64,000 bases of DNA, from contig CAZAAL010000002.1 of the NCBI GenBank assembly GCA_964483315.1, positions 72,689 through 136,688 of the forward strand. The letters are read 5' to 3'. The translations under genes were made by a program, and so were the position numbers. The DNA comes from an uncultured Candidatus Saccharibacteria bacterium (lineage in GTDB: Bacteria; Patescibacteriota; Saccharimonadia; Saccharimonadales; UBA10212). Below the pieces are notes generated by a model that saw only the letters and a program-made list of their open reading frames with translations, had not been told where the DNA came from and ran no database searches. This document shows, in pieces, positions 48,941 to 58,660 of this stretch (the first letter of the stretch is position 1; every line of letters begins with the position of its first letter).

Positions 48941-51028
48941 ATGGCCGAGAAAAAATATGAACTAAAAGATGTGCGTAATATTGGTATTATTGCCCATATT
49001 GACGCTGGTAAGACCACTACAACCGAAGGTATTTTGTACCGAACTGGTCTAAAGCACAAAATTGGTGCCGTGCACGAGGGCGAGACAACTACCGACTGGA
49101 TGGCCCAAGAAAAAGAACGTGGCATCACCATTACAGCCGCTGCTGTTACTTGTTATTGGAAAGATCATAAAATCAATATTATTGATACTCCCGGCCACAT
49201 CGACTTCACTGTCGAGGTAGAACGCTCGTTGCGTGTTCTAGACGGCGCTGTAACCGTTTTTGACGGCAAAATGGGTGTAGAGAGCCAGTCCGAGACCGTA
49301 TGGCGCCAGGCCGACAAATACGGCGTTCCAAGAATCTGTTTTATTAACAAAATCAACCAAACAGGTGGCGATTTTTACAAAAGCCTCGAAAGCATCCATA
49401 ACCGCCTAAACAAGCGTGCGTTTCCAATCCATCTACCAATTGGCTTTGAGCAGTCAGTCAACGGAATTGTTGATCTTATAAGCATGAAAAGTTACACCTA
49501 CAAGGAATTTACCGATAAAGAGCTTGTAGAGGGCGATGTTCCAGCCGATATGCTCGATCAAGCCAAAAAATACAGAAGCCTACTAATTGAAAACGCTGTT
49601 GCCGAAGACGAGTCAATGCTCGAAAAATTCTTTGAGGTTGGCGAGGATGGTCTATCCGAGGATGAGATTAAGCAAGCTATCCGAACAGCTACGCTAACAG
49701 GTAACTTCTTTGCTGTTACAGGTGGCGATGGTCGTGGTGTTATTGTCGAAAAGCTTCTAGATGCAGTTGTTGATTTCTTACCGACTCCTCTTGATAGAGG
49801 CAGTAGCTGGGGTACAAATCCAAAAACTGGTGACGAGATCGAACGCAAGCCTTCAGCTAGCGAGCCAATGTCGGCACTTGCATTTAAGATTGCAACTGAC
49901 CCATTTGTTGGTAAACTAGCCTTCTTTAGGGTCTATTCAGGCAAATTAACCGCTGGTAGCTATATCCTAAACAGCTCAACTGGCGAAAAAGAGCGAGTTG
50001 GCCGTATTGTTCGAATGCAGGCCGATAAGCGTGAAGATGTTGATTCAGTTGAGGCTGGTGATATCGCAGCCATAGTTGGTCTTAAGGGTACAACTACTGG
50101 TAACACACTTTGTGATCCAAACAGTCCAATTATTCTCGAAAGCATTACCTTCCCAGAACCACCGGTTAGTATCGCTATTGAGCCAAAAACCAAAGCCGAC
50201 CAAGAAAAGATGAGCCTAGCTCTTCAACGACTTGCCGAAGAAGATCCAACCTTTAGGGTAAAAGTCGACCACGAAACTGGCCAAACCATAATTAGCGGTA
50301 TGGGTGAGCTTCACCTTGAGATTATCGTTGATCGCATGAAGCGCGAGTTTAGTGTCGAGGCCAACATTGGCCAACCACAGGTTGCCTACCGCGAAACTAT
50401 TCGCAAAGATGCCGTAGAGGTAGAGGGTAAGTTTATCCGCCAAAGTGGTGGTCGTGGTCAGTACGGACACGTTTGGCTAAGACTTAGTCAAAATGAATCA
50501 GGCAAAGGTTTTGAATTTATCGACAGCATTAAAGGTGGCGTTGTGCCCAGCGAGTACATTACCCCTGTTAAAAACGGTATCGAAGAGGCTATGGCAAATG
50601 GTGTTCTTGCTGGCTACCCAGTAGTTGATGTTAAGGCCGAACTTTACGATGGTAGTTACCACGATGTTGACTCATCCGAGATGGCCTTTAAAATTGCCGG
50701 TTCAATGGCTCTGCAAGAAGGTGTTAAAAAAGCTAGCCCCGTGCTGCTCGAACCTATCATGAAGGTAGTTGTAGTAACCCCAGAATCATCTATGGGTGAT
50801 GTAATCGGTGATCTAAACGCCAAGCGTGGCCGAGTCGAATCTATGGAAGACCTTCAAAACGGCATCAAGCAAATCACTGCATTTGTACCTTTGGGTGAAA
50901 TGTTTGGTTATACCACTAATCTTCGTAGCATGACCCAAGGTCGTGCTAGCTCTTCAATGGAGCTAGATCACTACGCCGACGTACCAAACAACGTCACCGA
51001 AGCAATCATCGCTAAATCCTCAAAATAA
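48941..51028 (+). CDS. fusA: Elongation factor G
   Basis: [35 protein letters not shown] and the full five-domain length (695 aa). Confidence 0.95.
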   Translation: MAEKKYELKDVRNIGIIAHIDAGKTTTTEGILYRTGLKHKIGAVHEGETTTDWMAQEKERGITITAAAVTCYWKDHKINIIDTPGHIDFTVEVERSLRVLDGAVTVFDGKMGVESQSETVWRQADKYGVPRICFINKINQTGGDFYKSLESIHNRLNKRAFPIHLPIGFEQSVNGIVDLISMKSYTYKEFTDKELVEGDVPADMLDQAKKYRSLLIENAVAEDESMLEKFFEVGEDGLSEDEIKQAIRTATLTGNFFAVTGGDGRGVIVEKLLDAVVDFLPTPLDRGSSWGTNPKTGDEIERKPSASEPMSALAFKIATDPFVGKLAFFRVYSGKLTAGSYILNSSTGEKERVGRIVRMQADKREDVDSVEAGDIAAIVGLKGTTTGNTLCDPNSPIILESITFPEPPVSIAIEPKTKADQEKMSLALQRLAEEDPTFRVKVDHETGQTIISGMGELHLEIIVDRMKREFSVEANIGQPQVAYRETIRKDAVEVEGKFIRQSGGRGQYGHVWLRLSQNESGKGFEFIDSIKGGVVPSEYITPVKNGIEEAMANGVLAGYPVVDVKAELYDGSYHDVDSSEMAFKIAGSMALQEGVKKASPVLLEPIMKVVVVTPESSMGDVIGDLNAKRGRVESMEDLQNGIKQITAFVPLGEMFGYTTNLRSMTQGRASSSMELDHYADVPNNVTEAIIAKSSK

Positions 51029-51030
51029 AA

Positions 51031-51471
51031 ATGCCAGATCAAAGCCTTGAACACGGGGTGAGGAATATCCCGATAGGTTTAGAGTTGTTAAATGTTCTAG
51101 CAAACCGTAGATCAGCCTTAAAGAATGTCGAAAATGTATCCAAATGGGTACCAAATTCAATGACTGAATATGAAATCAAAGTATTTAGTCAGCGCGTACG
51201 AGCTGATTTTGCATATAGCCCAAATTCACCAGACCATTTAATTGTTCTAAACGAAAGTTTGGCAGACGTTAAAGCTCAAAAAGTAGTCCGAAACCTCGGT
51301 TCTATTTGTATCAGAGTGGGTGACTTTACTACCGCAGATTCATGCTTAAGGACACTAGACGGCATGGACTTAACCTTAACGCCTGCCTTTGGGGTGTATT
51401 TTGCAAGTTTAATCAGTCAAAAAGCTAGAGTTGAGTTGTTAAGGCGTGAGTTAGAAAGTTCTTTAAGATAG
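51031..51471 (+). CDS. Hypothetical protein (146 aa) coupled to fusA
   Basis: The ATG lies 2 nt after the fusA stop. No motif recognised. Confidence 0.55.
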   Translation: MPDQSLEHGVRNIPIGLELLNVLANRRSALKNVENVSKWVPNSMTEYEIKVFSQRVRADFAYSPNSPDHLIVLNESLADVKAQKVVRNLGSICIRVGDFTTADSCLRTLDGMDLTLTPAFGVYFASLISQKARVELLRRELESSLR

Positions 51472-51487
51472 GTATACTATAAATGTT

Positions 51488-51775
51488 ATGTCAGTAGAGC
51501 AAAATATCAATCCATTTATGCAAAGAGTTTCTATGGGCATCATTAATGAGGAACCCTTAATCAACGGATTAGTTCATCTTGTTCCAGAAGTATGCCGACC
51601 AACCTTTACAAGCGAGATATCTGGCAAGCCAATGATTGGTTGCTTAAAGATGACTGCAATTATCGGTAAAACAGCACTTGAGGTCGATACTGGATTGTAT
51701 TCACCTGAAGAGGCTCTAAGAGTCACAAAAAAACTCAATACTTGTGACAAGTGCCCGCTAAAAACCTTCGAGTAG
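51488..51775 (+). CDS. Hypothetical protein (95 aa)
   Basis: Clean ORF in the same orientation. C-terminal CDKC pair. Confidence 0.5.
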   Translation: MSVEQNINPFMQRVSMGIINEEPLINGLVHLVPEVCRPTFTSEISGKPMIGCLKMTAIIGKTALEVDTGLYSPEEALRVTKKLNTCDKCPLKTFE

Positions 51776-51798
51776 TAAACTGATATAATATCCACAAA

Positions 51799-52713
51799 AT
51801 GAGCAATCAAGCCGAGGTCGAAAAAATAGCCCATGTGTTTCCGGGTCAAGGTAGCCAATATGTTGGAATGGGAAAAGAATTATTTAAAAAATATGATTCT
51901 GCTAGAACGGTTTTTGCTACAGCAGAGGACGTGCTTGGTGTGCCTGTTAAAAAATGGTGTTTTGAAGGGCCCCAAGATTTACAAAACGATACACGCATAA
52001 CCCAACCAGCAATTTTTGTTACTAGTATTGCGCACTATATGGCACTTATGGATCACGGCTTTGAGCCAGATATTGTTGCTGGGCATAGCTTAGGGGAATA
52101 TTCAGCGTTAGTTGCTTCTGGAACAACATCATTTGAAGATGGGTTAAGATTAGTTGATTCTAGAGCCAAATTCATGGCTGAGGCTGGCCAGAAAAACCCA
52201 GGTGCAATGGCTGCGGTTCAAAATATAGCAATTGATAGCTTGACTCGAATTTGTAGGTCTACTGGTGCCTACATTGCAAACTACAATACGCCTAAACAAA
52301 CTGTAATTTCTGGTGCTAAAAATGCAATTTCGGCAACCGTTGAGTACGTACAGTTAAATCAAAATCTTAAGGCTGTAGCAAAGCGCCTACCAATAAGCAT
52401 TGCGGCCCATTCACCCCTTATGCAAGATGCATCAGATAAGTTAAAGACGGTAGTTGCTAAAACAAATATGCGAATCCCATCTATAAATATAATCTCTAAT
52501 TCAACAGCAGAGCTTTTTGCCGGTCCGGACGATATTCGTCAAAGCCTTCCAGATCAGCTCACAAAAGGTGTTCTTTGGTGGCAGACAATTGAAAAAATGC
52601 TTTCTATGGGGGTGGTTGAAATCAAAGAAGTTGGACCGAAAAATGTTTTGTCAAAAATGATAGGCAGGGCGCTTGCTGGAAGCTCAGTTAAAATTACGGC
52701 CGTAGACACTTAA
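51799..52713 (+). CDS. fabD: Malonyl-CoA:ACP transacylase
   Basis: FPGQGSQYVGMG, active-site GHSLGEYSALVASG, AAHSPLM. Confidence 0.85.
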   Translation: MSNQAEVEKIAHVFPGQGSQYVGMGKELFKKYDSARTVFATAEDVLGVPVKKWCFEGPQDLQNDTRITQPAIFVTSIAHYMALMDHGFEPDIVAGHSLGEYSALVASGTTSFEDGLRLVDSRAKFMAEAGQKNPGAMAAVQNIAIDSLTRICRSTGAYIANYNTPKQTVISGAKNAISATVEYVQLNQNLKAVAKRLPISIAAHSPLMQDASDKLKTVVAKTNMRIPSINIISNSTAELFAGPDDIRQSLPDQLTKGVLWWQTIEKMLSMGVVEIKEVGPKNVLSKMIGRALAGSSVKITAVDT

Positions 52714-52720
52714 AAAACTC

Positions 52721-52749
52721 TTTACAATATCCTTATTCTTGCTTATACT
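52721..52749 (+). promoter_or_regulatory. Sigma70-type promoter for tuf
   Basis: TTTACA (52721-52726), a 17-bp spacer, TATACT (52744-52749). A ~78-nt leader with SD AGGAG follows. Confidence 0.5.
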
Positions 52750-52827
52750 ATAGCGGTATTAAGCGTGGATGGCTTTGCTCATGCATGCAAAAATCACTTA
52801 AATAACAATAGTAGGAGAACATAATAA

Positions 52828-54009
52828 ATGGCAGATTTCGATCGCTCAAAGCCCCACGTAAACGTTGGTACTATGGGTCACGTTGACCACGGTAAGACCA
52901 GCCTTACTGCGGCTATTACAATGACACTTTCTAAAAAGCTTCCAAGCGAAGTTAACAAGCCGGTTGCTTACGACCAAATCGACAACGCACCTGAAGAGAA
53001 AGCTCGTGGTATAACCATCGCTACTTCTCACCAAGAGTACGAAAGCGAAAAAAGGCACTATGCACACGTTGACATGCCTGGTCACGCCGACTACATCAAG
53101 AACATGATCACCGGTGCTGCTCAAATCGACGGCGCTATCTTGGTTGTATCTGCAGCCGATGGCCCTATGCCTCAAACTCGTGAGCACGTTCTACTTGCTA
53201 AGCAAGTGGGTGTTCCTTCAATCCTAGTATTTATGAACAAGATGGACCTTGCTGACGCCGACCTAGTCGAGCTAGTCGAAGAGGACATCCGTGACCTACT
53301 AGCAAAATACGAGTTTGATCGAGACTGCCCAATCGTTAAGGGTTCTGCTACTAAAGCTATCGAAGGCGACGAAGAGTCAATGAACGCAATCATGGAGCTT
53401 GTAAAAGCTATGGATGATTACATCCCAGAGCCAAAGCGCGATCTAGACAAGCCATTCCTAATGCCTGTTGAGGATGTTTTCTCAATCAAGGGTCGTGGTA
53501 CTGTTGCAACCGGTCGTGTTGAACAAGGTATCGTAAAAGTTAACGAAGAAGTCGAAATCTCAGGTATTCGTCCAACAACTAAAAGCGTTGTAACTGGTGT
53601 TGAGATGTTCAAAAAGAACCTAGATCAAGGTCAAGCTGGCGACAACGTTGGTATCTTGCTGAGAGGTATCGAGCGCGATGATATCGAGCGTGGTCAAGTT
53701 TTAGCAAAACCAGGCAGTATTACTCCTCACACCGAGTTTGACGCCGAGGTTTATATCTTAACAAAAGAAGAAGGTGGTCGACACACTCCATTCTTTAAGG
53801 GCTACAAGCCACAATTCTACTTCCGAACAACCGACGTAACTGGCGAAGTCGAGCTACCAGCCGACAAAGAAATGGTTATGCCTGGTGATACAGTTACCTT
53901 TAAAGTTAAGCTTCTTGCACCAATTGCTATGGATCAAGGTCTTCGCTTCGCTATCCGCGAAGGTGGCCGAACCGTAGGTGCAGGTGTTGTTACCAAGATC
54001 AATAAGTAA
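52828..54009 (+). CDS. tuf: Elongation factor Tu
   Basis: [47 protein letters not shown], full length 393 aa. Confidence 0.97.
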   Translation: MADFDRSKPHVNVGTMGHVDHGKTSLTAAITMTLSKKLPSEVNKPVAYDQIDNAPEEKARGITIATSHQEYESEKRHYAHVDMPGHADYIKNMITGAAQIDGAILVVSAADGPMPQTREHVLLAKQVGVPSILVFMNKMDLADADLVELVEEDIRDLLAKYEFDRDCPIVKGSATKAIEGDEESMNAIMELVKAMDDYIPEPKRDLDKPFLMPVEDVFSIKGRGTVATGRVEQGIVKVNEEVEISGIRPTTKSVVTGVEMFKKNLDQGQAGDNVGILLRGIERDDIERGQVLAKPGSITPHTEFDAEVYILTKEEGGRHTPFFKGYKPQFYFRTTDVTGEVELPADKEMVMPGDTVTFKVKLLAPIAMDQGLRFAIREGGRTVGAGVVTKINK

Positions 54010-54011
54010 AG

Positions 54012-54317
54012 ATGACTAAAGCAAGAGTAGAACTAGGCGAAGTAGTAGCTACCGATAAGGGCGCTATTCTAAGGCCTGTGACCGAAGCTAACTTTAGGAT
54101 CTCAGGAGTTTTATCAGTAGATTCAGATTCAAGCAATGTCGTTTTTAGTTGGCTGGAAGGGTCTCAAAATGATTTGATAGCTCAACGCGCTATCGTATGT
54201 GAGTCTCACAAGGTTGCATATACAACTGTTGAAGAGGACGAGCTTGCAAAGCAAGCCCTAGTCTCAGTTTTAAGACCACTTGTTAATGCATCATATGATG
54301 AATTGGTTGGGGTATAA
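54012..54317 (+). CDS. Hypothetical protein (101 aa) wedged between tuf and rpsJ
   Basis: The ATG lies 2 nt after the tuf stop. Its stop lies 1 nt before the rpsJ ATG. Confidence 0.55.
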   Translation: MTKARVELGEVVATDKGAILRPVTEANFRISGVLSVDSDSSNVVFSWLEGSQNDLIAQRAIVCESHKVAYTTVEEDELAKQALVSVLRPLVNASYDELVGV

Positions 54318-54318
54318 A

Positions 54319-54687
54319 ATGGCTGAAGATAAGAAAACTCCAACACCAAAAGCCGGCGCACAAGCACCGGTTGAGGCTCCTCTAAAGCAGAGGATTCGCA
54401 TTAGGCTAAAAGCCTATGACCACAAAGTCATAGATCAATCGGCTAAGCAAATTGTTGATACTGCTTTAAGAACTGGCGCAAACATTGCTGGGCCAATCCC
54501 TTTGCCAACTCGAAAAAGTACATTTACAGTTGTAAAAAGCCCGCATGTTTACAAAAAAGGTCGCGAGCAGTTTGAAATGCGCGTTCACAAACGCTTAATT
54601 GATATTACCGAGCCAACACCTAAGACGATTGATAGTCTTATGAACCTAAGCCTACCGGCTGGGTGTGATGCCGAAATAAAAATGTAA
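54319..54687 (+). CDS. rpsJ: 30S ribosomal protein S10
   Basis: [26 protein letters not shown]...GPIPLPT...[28 protein letters not shown]. Start chosen at MAEDKK; the track start at 54280 overlaps the upstream ORF. Confidence 0.93.
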   Translation: MAEDKKTPTPKAGAQAPVEAPLKQRIRIRLKAYDHKVIDQSAKQIVDTALRTGANIAGPIPLPTRKSTFTVVKSPHVYKKGREQFEMRVHKRLIDITEPTPKTIDSLMNLSLPAGCDAEIKM

Positions 54688-54690
54688 AAA

Positions 54691-54712
54691 AGCGCCGAAA
54701 GGCGCTTTTTTT
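54691..54712 (+). terminator. Rho-independent terminator after rpsJ
   Basis: AGCGCC-GAAA-GGCGCT followed by T7. Confidence 0.85.
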
Positions 54713-54902
54713 ATAAGCTTCCAGCTTAACCGGCCAACTTTGTACCGACAAAGTTGGACAAAACTCCCAGCACAGAACTCAAAAACCATATTTAATTTAT
54801 TTCATTCACAATAAGTGAATCTGCGGAGCTCACTATCGTTCAAGCAAGTCCTCGATTCTGCTTATTGCTCATTCATAAATTAATCTGTTTCCCGAGAGTG
54901 CT
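54692..54902 (+). repeat. Direct repeat copy A (terminator plus hairpin element E2)
   Basis: Near-identical to 55402-55636, apart from one substitution, a 24-bp indel and a diverged last ~12 bp. Confidence 0.9.
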
Positions 54903-54976
54903 GGATAAGATGTCTATTGACAAACAGGTCGATTAGGAGTATAATATTGTATTAAATTAACGGGGGAGGCTTGATT

Positions 54977-55396
54977 ATGGCGTTCGATCAAACTGAATGC
55001 ATGTATCGCGTGTCGGCAAAGGCACTTATTAAAAACTCACAAGGTGAGTTATTTTTTGTAGATGAAAACGAAGGGCACGGACTAAATTTACCGGGTGGTG
55101 GTATCGATAATGGCGAAACACCCCAAGACACTTTAAAACGTGAAATTCACGAAGAGGTTGGCCTTGATGTCATATCCGTAGCAGATCATCCAAGGTTTGC
55201 ATGGCTAATTAACAGTGAAGTCGTATGGTTAGTTTACGAAACAGAAGTTTCTGACACGGCCGAAGCTAAGACTACACATCATGTTGCAGGGTTTGAATGG
55301 GCAAAGCCAGGCTCAGAAGATATAAAAAGCAAATGGGGTTATGTATCTAAGCTTTTCATGCAAGATTTAATCGATTATGTTAAAATCAATAGTTAA
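54977..55396 (+). CDS. NUDIX hydrolase
   Basis: Perfect Nudix box GGIDNGETPQDTLKREIHEEVGL (Gx5Ex7REUxEExGU). SD GGGGGAGG 7 nt upstream. Own GGAGTATAAT promoter. Confidence 0.85.
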   Translation: MAFDQTECMYRVSAKALIKNSQGELFFVDENEGHGLNLPGGGIDNGETPQDTLKREIHEEVGLDVISVADHPRFAWLINSEVVWLVYETEVSDTAEAKTTHHVAGFEWAKPGSEDIKSKWGYVSKLFMQDLIDYVKINS

Positions 55397-55400
55397 TTAA

Positions 55401-55422
55401 GGCGCCGAAAGGCGCTTTTTTT
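55401..55422 (+). terminator. Rho-independent terminator after the NUDIX gene (duplicate of the rpsJ terminator)
   Basis: GGCGCC-GAAA-GGCGCT followed by T7. Confidence 0.85.
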
Positions 55423-55636
55423 ATAAGCTTTCAGCTTAACCGGCCAAATTGTCTTACGCAGACGGCGCCAACTTTGTACCGACAAAGTTGGACAAAACTC
55501 CCAGCACAGAACTCAAAAACCATATTTAATTTATTTCATTCACAATAAGTGAATCTGCGGAGCTCACTATCGTTCAAGCAAGTCCTCGATTCTGCTTATT
55601 GCTCATTCATAAATTAATCTGTTTTTGATAGTGCTT
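55402..55636 (+). repeat. Direct repeat copy B (terminator plus hairpin element E2)
   Basis: See copy A. It carries an extra ATTGTCTTACGCAGACGGCGCCAA after CCGGCCAA. Confidence 0.9.
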
Positions 55637-55760
55637 TTGTAGTCTGAATTGGTATGTATTCAGAGTCTGAATCAGATACTACTTTTACAGAAAAGAATAC
55701 AACATTAATTATTTTTTATAGAAGATGTATACTAAAGTAAATATTAAGTGAGGTAAAATT

Positions 55761-56009
55761 TTGAAAAGGGAAAACGCTTTCCCTGAATGGATAGAGGGAG
55801 ACAAGGGCTTAACCTTATTTTTAGGTATAGCTTGTGTTGTAGCGATAACTATTATTTTGAATGCAGTCTATGTTGCTCATAAAAACAAAAAAAATGTAGA
55901 TTGGGGCGATGTTATTATATCGGCCTGGGACAGTCTAGGGATAACCGTCATACTTTGCATAATTGTAACTATGCTTATATTTGGGATAAAATATTTTATA
56001 TATAACTAG
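55761..56009 (+). CDS. Hypothetical small 2-TM membrane protein (TTG start)
   Basis: SD GTGAGGT ~7 nt upstream. Two hydrophobic helices. Confidence 0.4.
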   Translation: MKRENAFPEWIEGDKGLTLFLGIACVVAITIILNAVYVAHKNKKNVDWGDVIISAWDSLGITVILCIIVTMLIFGIKYFIYN

Positions 56010-56028
56010 TTAGTAGTCTTGCGAAACT

Positions 56029-56106
56029 GGTTTCACTCAAACAGCCCTCGCCCTAGAAGTTGTTTTGTTGGCGTGAAACCCTTATGAATAAGCCGATGCC
56101 CAGATC
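56029..56106. repeat. Shortened copy (E3) of the hairpin element family
   Basis: GGTTTCAC...GTGAAACC outer stem. CAAACAGCC-CTCG-..AGTTGTTTTG aligns to E1 with the core deleted. Tail CCGATGCCCAGA (56093-56104). Confidence 0.4.
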
Positions 56107-56131
56107 AGAACTTATCAGGAAGTTTGAAACC

Positions 56132-56923
56132 CTAATTAAATTCACGTTTCAATACTGCCAGTACATCGCCAAATGTTTCTCTAATATTACCTGTAGCGAA
56201 TTGGACATAAGTGATTCCTTGAATATTTGAAGGGATTTTTGTATCCTTCTCAATCAAAACTATTGCCTTAGAAAAGCCTAATTTTCCTTGGAATAACCCC
56301 ATTTCGTGTATAACGTTTTGTCTAGCTAGTAAACTACCGTCCTCGAGTTTATCCTCCCCGGTCATTACTAAAATTGCAAAGGATGCACCTTGAACCATTC
56401 TTTCTAGAACATCCCTGACAGCATGCCCTGTCCTTGAACCTACTTCATACGCATCGATTTTATAATTATGCTGGTCAGCAAGATGATCTTTTAATTTCCT
56501 CCACTGTTCGTTTTGGCCATGACCAATAAAAATAGTTGGTGGTTCAACGGGGGGTGTATTTTCTTTATAAATAGAACTCTTCTTAGCTTGCTCAAAAATC
56601 TCAAAAACCTCTTCAATTGTTTGCCTTTGCGGGGCCCCAATACCAATTTCGGAAGTATTACCTCTAAAATTTAGCTCTAAAGAGCCCTTGCCGTGACTAA
56701 AACTTTTACTAAAATGGGCAAACTTACAATTTTTCCTATAGTCAGAAAAAAACTCCGTATCATTATCGTGTTGCCAGGAATTATTATCTTGTATGTCAAT
56801 CGTAAGATAACTTGAAGTATTTTTTTTATGTTCCCGAGGAAGTTTTTTAACTAGTGTTTTTTCAGCTAAAGCTATAGTCTCAGGATTAAACTTTGTGGTT
56901 AAATAGATCCTTGTATTTTTCAT
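56132..56923 (-). CDS. TIR-like domain protein of the CAP12/PycTIR type (COG4271-like) with an uncharacterised ~125-aa N-terminal domain
   Basis: The C-terminal half carries the family signature: TIFIGHGQNEQW, SFAILVMTGED, ARQNVIHEMGLFQGKLG, PSNIQGITYV. Own GGAGTATACT promoter. Confidence 0.75.
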   Translation of the reverse strand: MKNTRIYLTTKFNPETIALAEKTLVKKLPREHKKNTSSYLTIDIQDNNSWQHDNDTEFFSDYRKNCKFAHFSKSFSHGKGSLELNFRGNTSEIGIGAPQRQTIEEVFEIFEQAKKSSIYKENTPPVEPPTIFIGHGQNEQWRKLKDHLADQHNYKIDAYEVGSRTGHAVRDVLERMVQGASFAILVMTGEDKLEDGSLLARQNVIHEMGLFQGKLGFSKAIVLIEKDTKIPSNIQGITYVQFATGNIRETFGDVLAVLKREFN

Positions 56924-56985
56924 AAACTCATTCTTTAACTTCAGTATACTCCTTCAGAGGGAATAAAAAAATGGAGCTTTTCGTG

Positions 56986-57219
56986 CTAGGTTCGGTTGGG
57001 GTTGAGGAAGTTGGATAAAACTTCTTCTGGGTCTAGGCCGGCTTGAGTTAGGTAGCTAAAGGCAGTTTCAAAAGCATCATCAAAAGGCATGCGGGCAATT
57101 TCATCGCATGTTTCAGGGTCAAACCCAAGCTCTTCGCCAACAGATCTTAACTCATCAGCGATTTTCTGGCTTTCGGTTTTAGCCTCTGGTCCTTGTTCGA
57201 TGTGAAGATGATCTTCCAT
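56986..57219 (-). CDS. Hypothetical acidic protein (77 aa), leaderless unit
   Basis: ATG at 57219 lies 6 nt downstream of TATAAT (rc of 57226-57231). The track TTG start at 57225 abuts the -10 box. Confidence 0.45.
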   Translation of the reverse strand: MEDHLHIEQGPEAKTESQKIADELRSVGEELGFDPETCDEIARMPFDDAFETAFSYLTQAGLDPEEVLSNFLNPNRT

Positions 57220-57265
57220 ACACAAATTATACGCTTTTTGAGCAAATCCTACATTTTGTAGTGTT

Positions 57266-57559
57266 TTAGGGTGCGTCGGGTTGGTTTAAGGCGTTTGGCG
57301 GGAGTCCATAATCCAGTGGTAGTCCATTTTTGGCATTTAATTCGATTCTAGCTATTGTAGCAATTGGTCCATCTGCACTCGGTACACCAGAAACAGGGCT
57401 TGGGCGGTCATTAAGTGGCCTAAATGAAAGTGTGTCTAGATGCCAATCTGGATTAGTCTTTCGAGGGAAAATTGCCCTAACTAACCCTTTAATCGAGATT
57501 CTGTTAGATGGGTCATGAGACTTTGATGCCTCAGGCTCAAAATCAAACATTTCACTCAT
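57266..57559 (-). CDS. Hypothetical Pro-rich protein (97 aa), leaderless unit
   Basis: ATG 6 nt downstream of TATAAT (rc of 57566-57571). Confidence 0.45.
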   Translation of the reverse strand: MSEMFDFEPEASKSHDPSNRISIKGLVRAIFPRKTNPDWHLDTLSFRPLNDRPSPVSGVPSADGPIATIARIELNAKNGLPLDYGLPPNALNQPDAP

Positions 57560-57588
57560 AAATTTATTATACGCCCTGGTGGATTGAT

Positions 57589-58032
57589 TTAGGAAGTTGG
57601 GGTTGAGTCCAGCTCTTGCGCGACTCTTTCTTCAAATGCTTTTTGATCATACGGTATGGGTCTATCAAATAAGTAGGCTCTAGTTGATGACGGATACACG
57701 GCGTTGCCTATATAGACCCATGGCTGTTCGTGATTGTCACTTGGCATGGTCACGTCGTTTAAAATTGATCCGTTGTTTGTGAAATCGTTGTTTTTTAAAT
57801 GCCAATATACGACCCTTTTTGGTGAATTGGGCATACTAAAGGTCATTTCTGGTTCGTTACCGAGCAAAAATAGTGGGAAAGGCCACTTATCATAGTTTGG
57901 GCCGTCGGCATATTCTTCCCAATCCACAAAGCCAGCAATGCTAATTTTGCCAAGATCAAGTATGGTTTTTTTGTATTCAGGACCTAAGTCTAAAAACACT
58001 TCGGTCGGTAATTGATAATCTATTTCACGCAT
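57589..58032 (-). CDS. Hypothetical protein (147 aa), leaderless unit
   Basis: ATG at 58032 lies 6 nt downstream of TATAAT (rc of 58039-58044). Confidence 0.5.
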   Translation of the reverse strand: MREIDYQLPTEVFLDLGPEYKKTILDLGKISIAGFVDWEEYADGPNYDKWPFPLFLLGNEPEMTFSMPNSPKRVVYWHLKNNDFTNNGSILNDVTMPSDNHEQPWVYIGNAVYPSSTRAYLFDRPIPYDQKAFEERVAQELDSTPTS

Positions 58033-58101
58033 ATCCAAATTATATCCTTACCTAATCCAACTGCATATTGCTTGTGTATTATTTGATGTCGGGGTATTTG
58101 T

Positions 58102-58602
58102 TTATGCTCGGTTCAATGGTGACAGCTCTAGCTTGCCAGCTTTGCCTAAAATTTCTGCAATATCTGAAAATTCTAAATATCGTGTGCCATCACCAAAATA
58201 CACTAGTGGAATGTTATCTACTTGGTATCTAAGCATTCTTTCGGACTTTAGGATAAGAGACTCACCAGGATTTATTGGGTATCTCTTAAGTGGCCTTACT
58301 CTTATGTAGTCATAAGCACCTTTGTCAAAAACACTTGCCACTACTGCTTCTTCATCTTCAGGAACGACCACCCTTAGATCTTTGCCATTAGTTGGTGCAA
58401 GAAAAATAGCATTACTTAAACAAAGAGTTGCTTGTCGGTGTTCAGTTTTGCGCATGTCTTGCCGATTTGCACTATCGGAGTTTCGAGAGTTATACCATGA
58501 ATTGATTAAAAATGAAGCTTCATCGACATATCTTTGCAAATTGAGCATTGACTCAGATTTTTCATCCAAACTTTCCTGGCTACCATGACTTCTTTCACTC
58601 AT
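58102..58602 (-). CDS. Hypothetical protein (166 aa), leaderless unit
   Basis: ATG 7 nt downstream of TATAAT (rc of 58610-58615). Confidence 0.5.
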   Translation of the reverse strand: MSERSHGSQESLDEKSESMLNLQRYVDEASFLINSWYNSRNSDSANRQDMRKTEHRQATLCLSNAIFLAPTNGKDLRVVVPEDEEAVVASVFDKGAYDYIRVRPLKRYPINPGESLILKSERMLRYQVDNIPLVYFGDGTRYLEFSDIAEILGKAGKLELSPLNRA

Positions 58603-58660
58603 AGTTTTAATTATATCTTCGTTAACTAATCAACAAAATTGCTTGTGGTATTTTGATATG

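Noticed and set aside
54722-54762. Integron attC-like reading of GCTTAAC...GTTGGAC (RYYYAAC / GTTRRRY) within the repeat, with the island seen as a cassette array
   Set aside because: The spacing (~36 bp) is shorter than known attC sites. No intI integrase is in the window. Most island genes carry their own promoters, unlike typical cassettes. The idea is kept only as something to test with an attC covariance model.
54768-54902. The E2 hairpin considered as a 6S RNA-like rod
   Set aside because: A long imperfect rod shape alone is not diagnostic. The multiple, partly deleted copies at cassette borders fit a repeat family better than a housekeeping 6S gene, and no central-bubble or closing-stem features could be verified by eye.
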